A stretch of 64,000 nucleotides of DNA. Origin: Oopsacas minuta. Its lineage: Eukaryota; Animalia; Porifera. How positions within the stretch are numbered: the first letter of the stretch is position 1; each line of letters begins with the position of its first letter. Where the stretch lies: NCBI GenBank assembly GCA_024704765.1, contig JAKMXF010000321.1, positions 62,001 through 126,000 on the forward strand, written 5' to 3'. Position numbers and translations under genes: made by a program. Shown piece by piece: positions 49,720-59,252 of the stretch. Below the pieces are notes generated by a model that saw nothing but the letters and a program-made list of their open reading frames with translations, was not told where the DNA came from and ran no database searches.

Positions 49720-49853
49720 GTGTTGTGTTGTGTCGCGGTGTTGTGTCGAGTTGTGTCGCGGTGGTGTGTCGAGTTGTGTCGCGGTGGTGTGTCGAGTTGT
49801 GTCGCGGTGGTGTGTCGAGTTGTATCGCGGTGTTGTGTCGAGTTGTGTCGCGG
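49720..49853. repeat. Minisatellite, 23-bp higher-order unit (GTGTCGAGTT + GTGTCGCGGT[G/T]GT), about 5.5 copies
   Basis: Tandem array read directly; no unique spacers. Confidence 0.95.
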
Positions 49854-49856
49854 AAG

Positions 49857-50138
49857 CGAAATCGAATACGAATACGAATACGAATACGAATCGACTACGA
49901 ATACGAATCGAATACGAATACGAATACGAATCGAATCCGAATACGAATCGAATCGACTACGAATACGAATCGAATACGAATCGAATCGAATACGAATCGA
50001 ATACGAATCGAATCGAATACGAATCGAATCGACTACGAATACGAATCGAATACGAATCGAATCGAATACGAATCGAATACGAATCGAATACGAATCGAAT
50101 CCGAATACGAATCGAATACGAAATACGAATCGAATACG
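49857..50138. repeat. Mixed CGAAT/CGAATA (5-6 bp) satellite
   Basis: Continuous ..TACGAATCGAATACGAATCGAA.. array that abuts the minisatellite. Confidence 0.95.
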
Positions 50139-50468
50139 TTAAACGAAACGCACGTAACACTAGTTGGTATTCATCATCCATGGTCAGTACCCTCTCTTAG
50201 CCTGATCAACTATTTGAGGATTATAGATCTTGGGTGGCGGATACTAACCAGTAACACCTTCAGTTATAGGTGGATAAGTTCGATGGGTCTTTCAGTTTAT
50301 AAGTGGGGGGTGGACTGTTGGGTAAGCCATGTATATACAATTAACGAAGCGAGAGCCTAGGTAACTGTAATGGTGACAAGGGTAACGTATAGGTACAACA
50401 GCTAGGAATGTGCAGCCCAATTATGGGTTGCATGCTCCCCTTGTCACTCTCCAATCGTATAGGCTCGC

Positions 50469-50540
50469 GGTTGGGAAAGGTACAGAGTGTGTCCCAAGTG
50501 CACTCACAGCGAAATCGCTGTATCCCCTGAGGGACCAACC
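50469..50540 (+). ncRNA. Twister-ribozyme-like RNA motif (P1 type with P5 stem), possibly degenerate
   Basis: P1 GGTTGG/CCAACC; GAA at the cleavage position; P2 AGG/CCT; T1 AC/GT; P4 GAGTGT/GCACTC around loop TCCCAAGT; P5 ACAGCG/CGCTGT; catalytic GA followed by GGG pairing with the loop CCC (T2). Confidence 0.62.
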
Positions 50541-50956
50541 AATAATCCAATTTACAATATACCTCGTATCGCAGCTCTTAAATATAACAAGAACTATAAA
50601 TCTTGAAATCTCCCTTATAGTGTCTCTATAACACCTAACACCTATATGACGTCACAAAGTACTCCGCTGTCCTCTCTAATTGTTCACTTACTAGTGGACA
50701 ATTAGAGAGGACCCAATGTATACACTGATTCAATCTTTAATTAATAATGATACTAACTATGGAACTCGGAAGAGAAGTAAACTCACCTGTATGTGATTAT
50801 ATGTTATGTCCCTCGTCCAAAGGTGCTAAAATATGAATAATCACCCCGGCTACTATTCTATAGATTAGGATCTCAAAAATTCACACTCGGTAACAAATAT
50901 ACAAACAAAAATAAATCACGCATTCTCAAAATATATTAAAATACCCTATTTCTTGT

Positions 50957-52009
50957 CTAAACTGGAACTAAGAAGTAGAACCGTAGATTCGTGTTAGTTC
51001 CAATTACATCAGAATATTCTGTTATAAGATCAGATTCGCTAAGTGGAACAGTTCCAAATACCATTTTAGAGAGGATCTTTTTTGCTGTCATATTTATGAT
51101 TCTAGCGTACATCTTCATTTCCTGCTTTTCATTAGATATTCCTTGGGTAGCAACCGTAAATACGTCTTGGTATGTGTCTGTAGGTGTTAGATATAGATAT
51201 TTAACAGAGCCCCACTTAGTTTCAGTTATGATTCTATAAGAAAATCTGAGTTTGGATTCGGAAAAAGTATTTGAACGAGGAAGGGGAACAATTTGATTGG
51301 TAAAAGAAATAGGGTAAGAGCCTTCAGACATGCCATGCCAGTATAGCAACTGGTCCCAAGCTTCGGAATGTAGATAAATGGGGGATACAGTATGCAAATC
51401 TTTCCCTAAGATATCCAAGTTGTTGATTGGAATGTTCGACATAATTTCGTTATCACATTTTATATCTGAACTATCAAAATTGACGGCTTGTTTCCACTTC
51501 TGGAACCAAGTGTGAGATACCACATAATTTGTCTCTCCTTCCATTGGTTCCAGTTTCAATAAGGGTGCAATTGTGTCTCTCTCATACTTCTTAGTTCTAA
51601 ATATAGTAACCTTCCCTAACTCGTTAAAACATGTATCATCGATTTCCCAATTCAGACATACTTTATCAAGTGAATATTTCTTAGTTCCATATTGAGCCAT
51701 TAAGTCCCGGATCTCCTGGGATTGTTTCGTTTGAAATTCCACCAAATTATTACTTTTCAGATTCAGTTCCACTTGCTCAAGAGTTAGTTCCAGTTTCCGT
51801 ATATCCAATTCTATAGTTTCAAGTTTGGATAAATTCAGACTTTCTGCTCTATCAATCTCCGCCAATATTTCTTCTTCCCGTTTCCCTAGCAACCGATGGA
51901 ATGTAGCTATTCTATTTTTAACATTTTGTCTAGCATCTTCAAAGCTTAAAACTGTAACCGATGGCGTCTTTAAAGCCTCAAATTCTTCACTTTCAAAACT
52001 GGATGCCAT
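50957..52009 (-). CDS. Coiled-coil + DUSP + ubiquitin-like protein without USP catalytic domain (350 aa)
   Basis: EGETNYVVSHTWFQKWK..PINNLDI..LHSEAWDQLLYWHG matches the DUSP domain of USP4/11/15. The C-terminal ~95 aa has a UBL-like pattern. No Cys-box or His-box. Single exon. Confidence 0.8.
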   Translation of the reverse strand: MASSFESEEFEALKTPSVTVLSFEDARQNVKNRIATFHRLLGKREEEILAEIDRAESLNLSKLETIELDIRKLELTLEQVELNLKSNNLVEFQTKQSQEIRDLMAQYGTKKYSLDKVCLNWEIDDTCFNELGKVTIFRTKKYERDTIAPLLKLEPMEGETNYVVSHTWFQKWKQAVNFDSSDIKCDNEIMSNIPINNLDILGKDLHTVSPIYLHSEAWDQLLYWHGMSEGSYPISFTNQIVPLPRSNTFSESKLRFSYRIITETKWGSVKYLYLTPTDTYQDVFTVATQGISNEKQEMKMYARIINMTAKKILSKMVFGTVPLSESDLITEYSDVIGTNTNLRFYFLVPV

Positions 52010-52149
52010 AGCTAAGAGGTGTTAAACTGTCTCGTGTTATGCCACAAATAATTATAGCGACATTAAGTATTTTCTATATTAGTTATAAAATAAAACAACA
52101 AATAAATAAATACAAAAATGTTACTCAAAAAAACCCAAATATTTATACA

Positions 52150-53178
52150 TTATAACACAGCTGGAACAATAAAATAGAACCTGATATTAGTGTCAGTTCC
52201 AATTTGCTGGCTAAAATCACTGATTTCATTCACTTTTCCATAAACTTTTACCATAAAACTATTTTTCTTTCGTTTAGTCTTCCACTGAATCCTTATTGTG
52301 TCGCGACCCACTCCAATTCCCTTCATAGCAACGTTAAGTAGCTCTTGGAATGTATTGGTAGGATATAGATATATAAAGTTAACAATCCCGCGTTGTTTTC
52401 CTTGAATAATTCTATAAGAAAACCTCAGTTTCGACTTGAGAAGATGTAGAGCAAGATCAGAATTTGAGAATACAGATATGGGATATGATAGCTCAGATAA
52501 GCCATGCCAGCCTAGCAACAGTTTCCAAGCATCGGAATGTAGAGGTTTACAAGATACAGAATCCAAGTCCTTACCTTGGATCTCAATGTTGTCGATTGGA
52601 ATGTTCGACATAATTTCGTTATCACATTTTATATCTGAACTATCAAAATTGACGGCTTGTTTCCACTTCTGGAACCAAGTGTCTGATACTACATAATTCG
52701 TCTCTCCTTCCATTGGTTCCAGTTCCAACAAGGGTGCAATTGTGTCTCTCTCATACTTCTTAGTTCTAAATATAGTAACCTTCCCTAACTTGTTAAAACA
52801 TGTATCATCGATTTCCCAATTCAGACACACCTTACCAAGTGAATATTTCTTAGTTCCATAATCAGCCATTAGGTTCCGGATCTCCTGGGATTGTTTCGTC
52901 TGGAAATCTTTCAAATTATTACTTTTCAGATTTAGTTCCACTTGCTCAAGAGTTAGTTCCAGTTTCCGTATATCCAATTCTATAGTTTCAAGTTTGGATA
53001 AATTTAGACTTTCTGCTCTATCAATCTCCGCCAATATTTCTTCTTCCCGTTTCCCTAGCAACCGATGGAATGTAGCTATTCTATTTTTAACATTTTGTCT
53101 AGCATCTTCAAAACTTAAAACTGTAACCGATGACGTCTTCAAAGCCTCAAATTCTTCACTTTCAAAACTGGATGCCAT
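52150..53178 (-). CDS. Tandem paralog: coiled-coil + DUSP + UBL-like protein (342 aa)
   Basis: First ~190 aa nearly identical to the 50957-52009 product; DUSP motifs retained; C-terminus diverged. Confidence 0.8.
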   Translation of the reverse strand: MASSFESEEFEALKTSSVTVLSFEDARQNVKNRIATFHRLLGKREEEILAEIDRAESLNLSKLETIELDIRKLELTLEQVELNLKSNNLKDFQTKQSQEIRNLMADYGTKKYSLGKVCLNWEIDDTCFNKLGKVTIFRTKKYERDTIAPLLELEPMEGETNYVVSDTWFQKWKQAVNFDSSDIKCDNEIMSNIPIDNIEIQGKDLDSVSCKPLHSDAWKLLLGWHGLSELSYPISVFSNSDLALHLLKSKLRFSYRIIQGKQRGIVNFIYLYPTNTFQELLNVAMKGIGVGRDTIRIQWKTKRKKNSFMVKVYGKVNEISDFSQQIGTDTNIRFYFIVPAVL

Positions 53179-53306
53179 AGCTAAGAGGTGTTAAATGTGT
53201 ACAGGGAGAACCAGTGACCACTATTGTGACACTATCACTTCTTTAATTCTAATTAATGTAATAATGGAATTACTTAAAATCAAAATGTCAACAACAACAA
53301 AATTAT

Positions 53307-53630
53307 TTATTTATGTTCTGTAAGCAATTTTTTCGCATCGTTTATTTTAGTGGCGATATAAGGAGATCCACCTTTGTCAGGATGGTTTTTTAACATTAAC
53401 CGTCTGTGAGCCTCAGAGATGGCTGAAAGTGGCGCAGAGGGACTAACACCTAAGATCCGTGCCGCTTCTCTGTGTGTCATAGTTGGGTCAAATCCTCCTT
53501 TATAATATGACGACATGATGCCCTTCATTCGTATCCTCATGGGTCCAGTTTTCTGAAAGGTCTTCATTGCTGTCCTGATCAATATGGCACCGACGAATAG
53601 CCCTGTACCAACGATAACAAGTGAGGACAT
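53307..53630 (-). CDS. DNAJC19: Mitochondrial import motor J-protein TIM14/PAM18
   Basis: N-terminal TM segment, [21 protein letters not shown] and [19 protein letters not shown] (HPD motif); 107 aa. Confidence 0.93.
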   Translation of the reverse strand: MSSLVIVGTGLFVGAILIRTAMKTFQKTGPMRIRMKGIMSSYYKGGFDPTMTHREAARILGVSPSAPLSAISEAHRRLMLKNHPDKGGSPYIATKINDAKKLLTEHK

Positions 53631-54402
53631 TCCAGAGACAACTCTTAATCAATCTAATTGACGGAGTATACTGTAATATAAGAACTAACACCTTTTAGGA
53701 ATATTAATACAGAGGTAAACAAATTTAGAGGATTAGTATTTGAACCCTTAGACATTTATGTCCCTCTGTAACTCGTGTGTCCTTATACTACGAAAAATCG
53801 GGACGAATTAAGGTTTTTGGGAAGATTTGGCGGAACATATCTCATTAGCCTTGGATACAGGTCATACAAAACTGGACGTCCCGGTATAACCATCTATCCT
53901 GTTGCCAAGTGTGATATTACGCCATTATGGTTGTAGATACACTCTTACTAATTCATCTCATTTCTATAACTGATCTCACGGATCGACAGACAGTCAAAAT
54001 TGTCTATAACAGCAACCGAAAGTACTAGCAGAAGTTGGCCGTTAAGACAAGTAACCTATATTAAGATAATACAGTATAAGTAGTAACGATGGTAACCCAA
54101 AGGAATGTCAAAGGTATACTTTATGGGAGGCGAACACTTTATAAAGTGGCAGTTATAGACAGCTTTAGCCCCAGTAAGGGACCAAAATTGTGGCCGCTAT
54201 GTGCAGGTGACTGTTATACAGAGGTGGATACCTATACGAAGAGATCGTGAGAGTTGAGCGGCCTGCCAAATGCATGAACAGGATTTTGGTTTCCGCCCAC
54301 TGGGACCACCACTACCCTTAAAGGCGTGAAAATATAACAAAGAAATATTGTAAAAATGTGGATAAATTCCAATATATACAAATAATATGTAAAAATTATA
54401 TA

Positions 54403-55394
54403 TCAATCATCAAACACCTCTCTCAAATAACTAATTCTAGAACAAAGACTGACATTATCAGGATCTCTCCTGTCTACTCTAACCTCTACATTAAACCCTA
54501 TAGGTTCATATACTAGGTTACAGTTCCGGTTCAATTTACCTCCAGCATCCTCGGTGTTTGAGGTGATCTCCTTTGGAGGAGAAATTGGTTTCACTTTGGT
54601 GTCAACTTGACACTCCCAAGCATCCACTTGTACTTTTTTAGTCTTATCGTCAAAATAAGTTTTCCTTGCTATTGTAATTGAATCATTTGCCATTCCATTC
54701 CACCCTAGCAACAGTTCAAATGCATCGGAATGCAGCAATACAAAATGTTTGTTCCTCTGAAGTCCATATTTGAGTCTGGAACCGGAAATAATCCGGGAAT
54801 TATCGATTGGTACCCGTTTAACCGGAGCGGATCGAAAACTTTTGAATAAAGATTTATGGAAATTCACTTCATCACACCAATCCCTGAACCACCTAGCTGA
54901 CACAATGTGCCATATTTCCCCAAGTTCAGGGTGTCTTGATTGAATGATACGTTGGATCATTGTCCTCTGTTCCTCACGGGACGGTAGCACATGACTAATC
55001 GTACAAACATTATTTTGACACCTTTCAAAATCAGAGTTCCATATTAAAACAACAGAATCCACTTCAATTTCTTGTACATTTTTGAGATAATTTATTTTCT
55101 TAACAATCGAATTTACAGATTTAGTATATTCTTCGTTTAAAATATTTTCTGTAAAAGTTGTCTCAACTTTTGTAAGCGCTTTTTCTAGCTCAAATATATT
55201 AGCAGAAATCTCATTTGTTTAAAGATTCTATTTTGGATTATTTCTTGAAGTTTACTTAACAATTTTTGTTCCAAATCGTATAATTGGTCGTGGAAATATG
55301 AAAATTTTGATCGTATTAGAACCTCAGCATCTGATAGGCTGCATCTCTCAATTGTGTCTGTAAATTGTGTCGGTTCAGAATATTTTGTTGCCAT
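54403..55394 (-). pseudogene. Third, older coiled-coil + DUSP paralog with two frameshifts (pseudogene or assembly indels)
   Basis: Starts MATKYSE (55394). The frame shifts near 55222 and again near 55100 into the DUSP ORF (GEIWHIVSARWFRDW..PIDNSRI..LLHSDAFELLLGWNG). The intervening frame, ANIFELEKALTKVETTFTENIL, aligns with LDIRKLELTLEQVELNLKSNNL of the intact paralogs. Confidence 0.7.
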
Positions 55395-55630
55395 AATTAA
55401 ATTACTAATAACAAACAAAAATGTAGACAAATAATAAACAATCAACTCTCGTCATATCGAAGCTGATTGGACTGATAATTATCACCGATGGAATGTATGT
55501 AACTTTAACGGTTAGCTCCAGTTTTGTACAATTTCACACCTCGATATAAGCGGGTAGACACAACAGATTCTGCTAAATAGGGCCACATCGGGACCAAGAC
55601 CATTTTGACCCGAATAACCCGAGTAATATA

Positions 55631-55781
55631 AAGTGGAGTCTGCCAAAACGGACACTCCGAGAAGCAGACAATCCCTCTACAACGGAATGAATTAGTAATC
55701 ATATATGTAATACTTTAGCAGTCTCCAAGAAGCGGACAGAAGCGATGTCCCTGACGTGTCCGTTAGCTGGAGACTCTACTG
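55631..55781. mobile_element. Tigger-like Tc1/mariner MITE
   Basis: TA-flanked ends AAGTGGAGTCT and AGACTCTACTG; homologous to 19838-20001. Confidence 0.75.
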
Positions 55782-56283
55782 TAGCAGTATGTATATGGTT
55801 CTGTTTCTGGACAAGTGGCCAGATTAACTGGTGGCTTAGTGGCTCGGTAGTTCGATATTACAGGAGTTTAGAGTATCTAATTATCCACAGTGTATTTGTT
55901 GTTATTTACGTAAGCAAACTAAACACATTGCAAATGCTGTATCCATGGTAAACAACTTTAAGAAGTGATGGAGGGCGTATGAATAAGCATAAACAAATTT
56001 AGAACACAAACAACAAGTATATCTTTGAAAAAGCCAACTCACAGGGTGTTGCACTGGCCCCATAATAATGCACCTAGCAACAAGAAAATATGTAACTTTA
56101 TGAGACAGCAAGATTAAGCCACACGACACCACATTTGGACATTCCTTTGGGTGGTAACACTGATTGCAAATATAATTGAATTAGACATATGTGTGTAAAC
56201 AAAAGTTGATTAAGCCAATGAATATTACATAAATATGAATAATCACACTAATTAAGTGATAACAAATAATTAATAAGCGGGGG

Positions 56284-56697
56284 TTAATAATATTGAAAAT
56301 ATCTTTGATGTTCTGCTTGTATCAATTGGTTATACATTTGAATTTCTGAGATAAGTAATTGCCTCTCTCTTTTAAGTGCATTCTTTTCCTCAGATAGCGT
56401 TGTTAGGGTAGAATTCAGTTTTAGGTGACGTGACTTTTCACTTTCCCGGAATCTTTTAGCGGCTCGTCGGTTGTTAACCTTCCTCCTATTTTCACTGATA
56501 AAGGCTTTATCAGTGTCGGACAATAGACCGAGTTTTGATAAATTTCTGTAATCGATTTTACCTAAACTTTTCAACTTTTCTGTATCGATCAAATCTTTGA
56601 AGTCTGTGTCTTCCATTTTCATCTCCCAGTCGTCGGACAGTATTTGTTTTGTTCGTTGACATTTTGCTATTTTATGACTATCAATTGTTGTTGACAT
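56284..56697 (-). CDS. Small bZIP transcription factor (137 aa; Maf/CNC-like upstream helical region)
   Basis: Basic region RRKVNNRRAAKRFRE with N-x7-R, followed by heptad zipper L..L..K..R..I. Single exon. Confidence 0.82.
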   Translation of the reverse strand: MSTTIDSHKIAKCQRTKQILSDDWEMKMEDTDFKDLIDTEKLKSLGKIDYRNLSKLGLLSDTDKAFISENRRKVNNRRAAKRFRESEKSRHLKLNSTLTTLSEEKNALKRERQLLISEIQMYNQLIQAEHQRYFQYY

Positions 56698-57711
56698 TTT
56701 GGTTATTTGTTGTTTAAAATAATATTAATTCATTTCAAACATATTTATACTGATTAGATGGCAAAAACCACAAAATTTTATATATACACTTTCAATCTTC
56801 AGCATAGCAACGATAACAATGAAAGGAATGTAGTTCAGTTATACACAAACCACTTAGTTTACCCTAATGTCACTGGAGTCCCATGGTACGAAAGGGAACG
56901 CGTGAACCTTATTCAAGCAAATTCCTGAGCGTTTCCAAGGAAACTTATCAATTAACCTCTATTGAGGTAATCAACCAATGAAATTTGAGAGTTTATTAGT
57001 GCGTGATTTGATTCGTAGAATTGTTTTGAGAATTTTGAAATCAAAGCAAATAATTTGGACTGAAACTGAACCAAAATGAGTCACAAAATAAGGAGGTGTT
57101 AATTCGATTACAGACTCTATAGATCCAATAATGAGTACAATAACATGTTCTTTGAATTAAAATCGGGTTTACTGTTACCCAAAACGATCCAATCTAATTT
57201 GACTGAGGAACTGATAAGAGCTATAATTCTAGGAACAAGTTCTAAGATCTAAGCCTATAAGATTCGAGGGTTTACCAATTCTGGTATTCATATGATATAG
57301 GCTTTAACCCAATTCAATTAGGAACCAAATATTACCCAATAGTTCCAATTACGTAATTTTTCAAATTCCAATTTGTTAAACATGTAACTATGTTTGTTAA
57401 TTGAAATGTAAATGAGCGTCAGTTAAGATTTTATGACTGATTGTGAATTCAAATTCGCTCACAAATAAATCTGAATTTATCTACAAATATTTCCCATTAT
57501 AGTACTGAAACTATAAATTTATGATAACAAGACAATAATCATATTATGTAATAAACAAAAATAACCATAATAGTAACATTATCTAATATTGAAACTAAGC
57601 AACAAATTGGATTCCACCAAAGAATTCAGCGCTCTAATCACACTCCTTTTCTTTCTTTAAGATTTGTAATCAGGATTGAATGTAATCATTGTACATTCCG
57701 GAAATTAACTA

Positions 57712-57935
57712 CCGTAAACTGGGGCTACTTTGACCCACTGGGTTTGCTTTAGCCCAAATATTACTTATCGAATAGATATTGTATTTGTTTTCGATATTGT
57801 CTACCGATATATGAAAACTCGTTAAAATTTGGTAAGTCATATTCAAGTACAATACTGAATCCAATCTAGTTTCTTTGGAGCTTTCATATTTGGGCTAAAG
57901 CAAACCCAATGGGTCAAAATAGCCCCAGTTTACGG
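57712..57935. mobile_element. Tc1/mariner-type MITE with ~50-bp TIRs
   Basis: CCGTAAACTGGGGCTACTTTGACCCACTGGGTTTGCTTTAGCCCAAATAT and its near-perfect reverse complement ending at 57935; TA on both sides. Confidence 0.92.
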
Positions 57936-58341
57936 TACTTAATATACAACACCATATCATTTCAATAAAGTGTGAATTATACAGGAGTGTTACAGCATTC
58001 GTTTTGTTAGCAAAATTACTAAGTTTTATGCAGAATAACAATGGAATTTGGAAATTGTTTGTAAATAAACAGAATTGCGCGCCTTTAATGCTCTGGAATT
58101 CATTGGCTATTTTACAGTCACTGATTGGTCAACCGTACAATATTAGGTGACAAATTGAGCGCTTAAATGTGTCGAATCAGAATTTCAACGGTCCCTTTAG
58201 TGCACAAGTATTGGCCCAATTATACTAACACCTGTATAATTAAATGAACAATTATTCTGAAGAAATATTCAATGAAGAAATACAACTAAAAGCAGCTGAA
58301 TATACAAACAAATAATTCTTAATTCACACATCAATCTGGAA

Positions 58342-59252
58342 CTAATCCTCTTTAGTTCCATGCTTCAAAATATGAGTGAAGGACACATAATCAAAATTGC
58401 CCTTAAGGTCGATGGGAGCGCCGACGAGCAACTCATCGACCTCCTTGTCGGACATACGGTCCCCCATGGTAGTGAGGAGTTCCCTTAATCTGTCTTCATG
58501 GATCTTCCCTGTACCCTCTTCATCAAAACAAGCAAAGGCATTCTTAATCACGTCCTCTGGGTCTGTCCCGCTTAACTTCTCTCCAAACAGAGTTAGAAAC
58601 ATTGTGAAGTTTAGAGGACCATGTGCTTCATCTAACATGTCCTGTATGTATTGTTCTGACACCTCTTTACCTGTAATAGGTGTTAGTTCCAATTAAAGGA
58701 ATTCAAAACCTGAATACCTCAATACTTCAAAATTATTTCAAAGTACTGGAAATTTTTGGTTCTTTGGGAGCGTATTGGAGCGTAATTCAAGTATATTTGG
58801 CGCCATATTTTTCGGGCGGTTACTCTTAACATATTTTGGCGCTTATTTAGAATTATTCACACACACTTAAAGCTATTTTTGAGCCAGTTATATGATGAAG
58901 TTAATATGTGTCGGGAATTGTATATACTCGGGTGTTTGTATAACTGCCTATGGTCAATAGGGTGTTAGTATTGCCCTCAAAGGGACCGCTGGGTACATAT
59001 AAGTGTCAAAATATAAATACACTAGACACCACAATATCATAGTTCCATATTATAGTTCCACTTACCAAGAGACGCTAGCATTTCTTTGAGGTCATCAGCG
59101 TCTATCTTTCCATCTCTATTCTGATCGATTATATTAAATGCTTCTTTGAATTCTTGAATTTGGGTTTGGTCGAACATTGCAAAAATATTTGAAGTGGCGC
59201 GGTGCACACGCTTACGTGGTTTGTCTTTCTTAGCCACTCGTGCTTTGCTCAT
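58342..59252 (-). CDS. Myosin II regulatory light chain, paralog A; exons 59252..59066 and 58670..58342 (171 aa)
   Basis: [27 protein letters not shown]-hand [12 protein letters not shown] and [26 protein letters not shown]; phase-1 GT-AG intron. MYL9/MYL12 family. Confidence 0.95.

Noticed and set aside
49720-50138. Possible CRISPR-like array
   Set aside because: No unique spacers between repeats, no cas genes, and the DNA is eukaryotic.
49602-50360. 252-aa ORF (and overlapping 140 and 156 aa ORFs) rich in RIRI/YESN/CRVV repeats
   Set aside because: All three frames are open only because the satellite units lack stop codons. There is no domain or codon signal, so it is treated as a repeat artefact.
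55832-55856. tRNA/SINE-like A box TGGCTTAGTGG followed by GTTCGAT (also an A box at 18496-18506)
   Set aside because: The boxes are too close together, there is no cloverleaf, and there is no B box at the second site. At most these are SINE debris.
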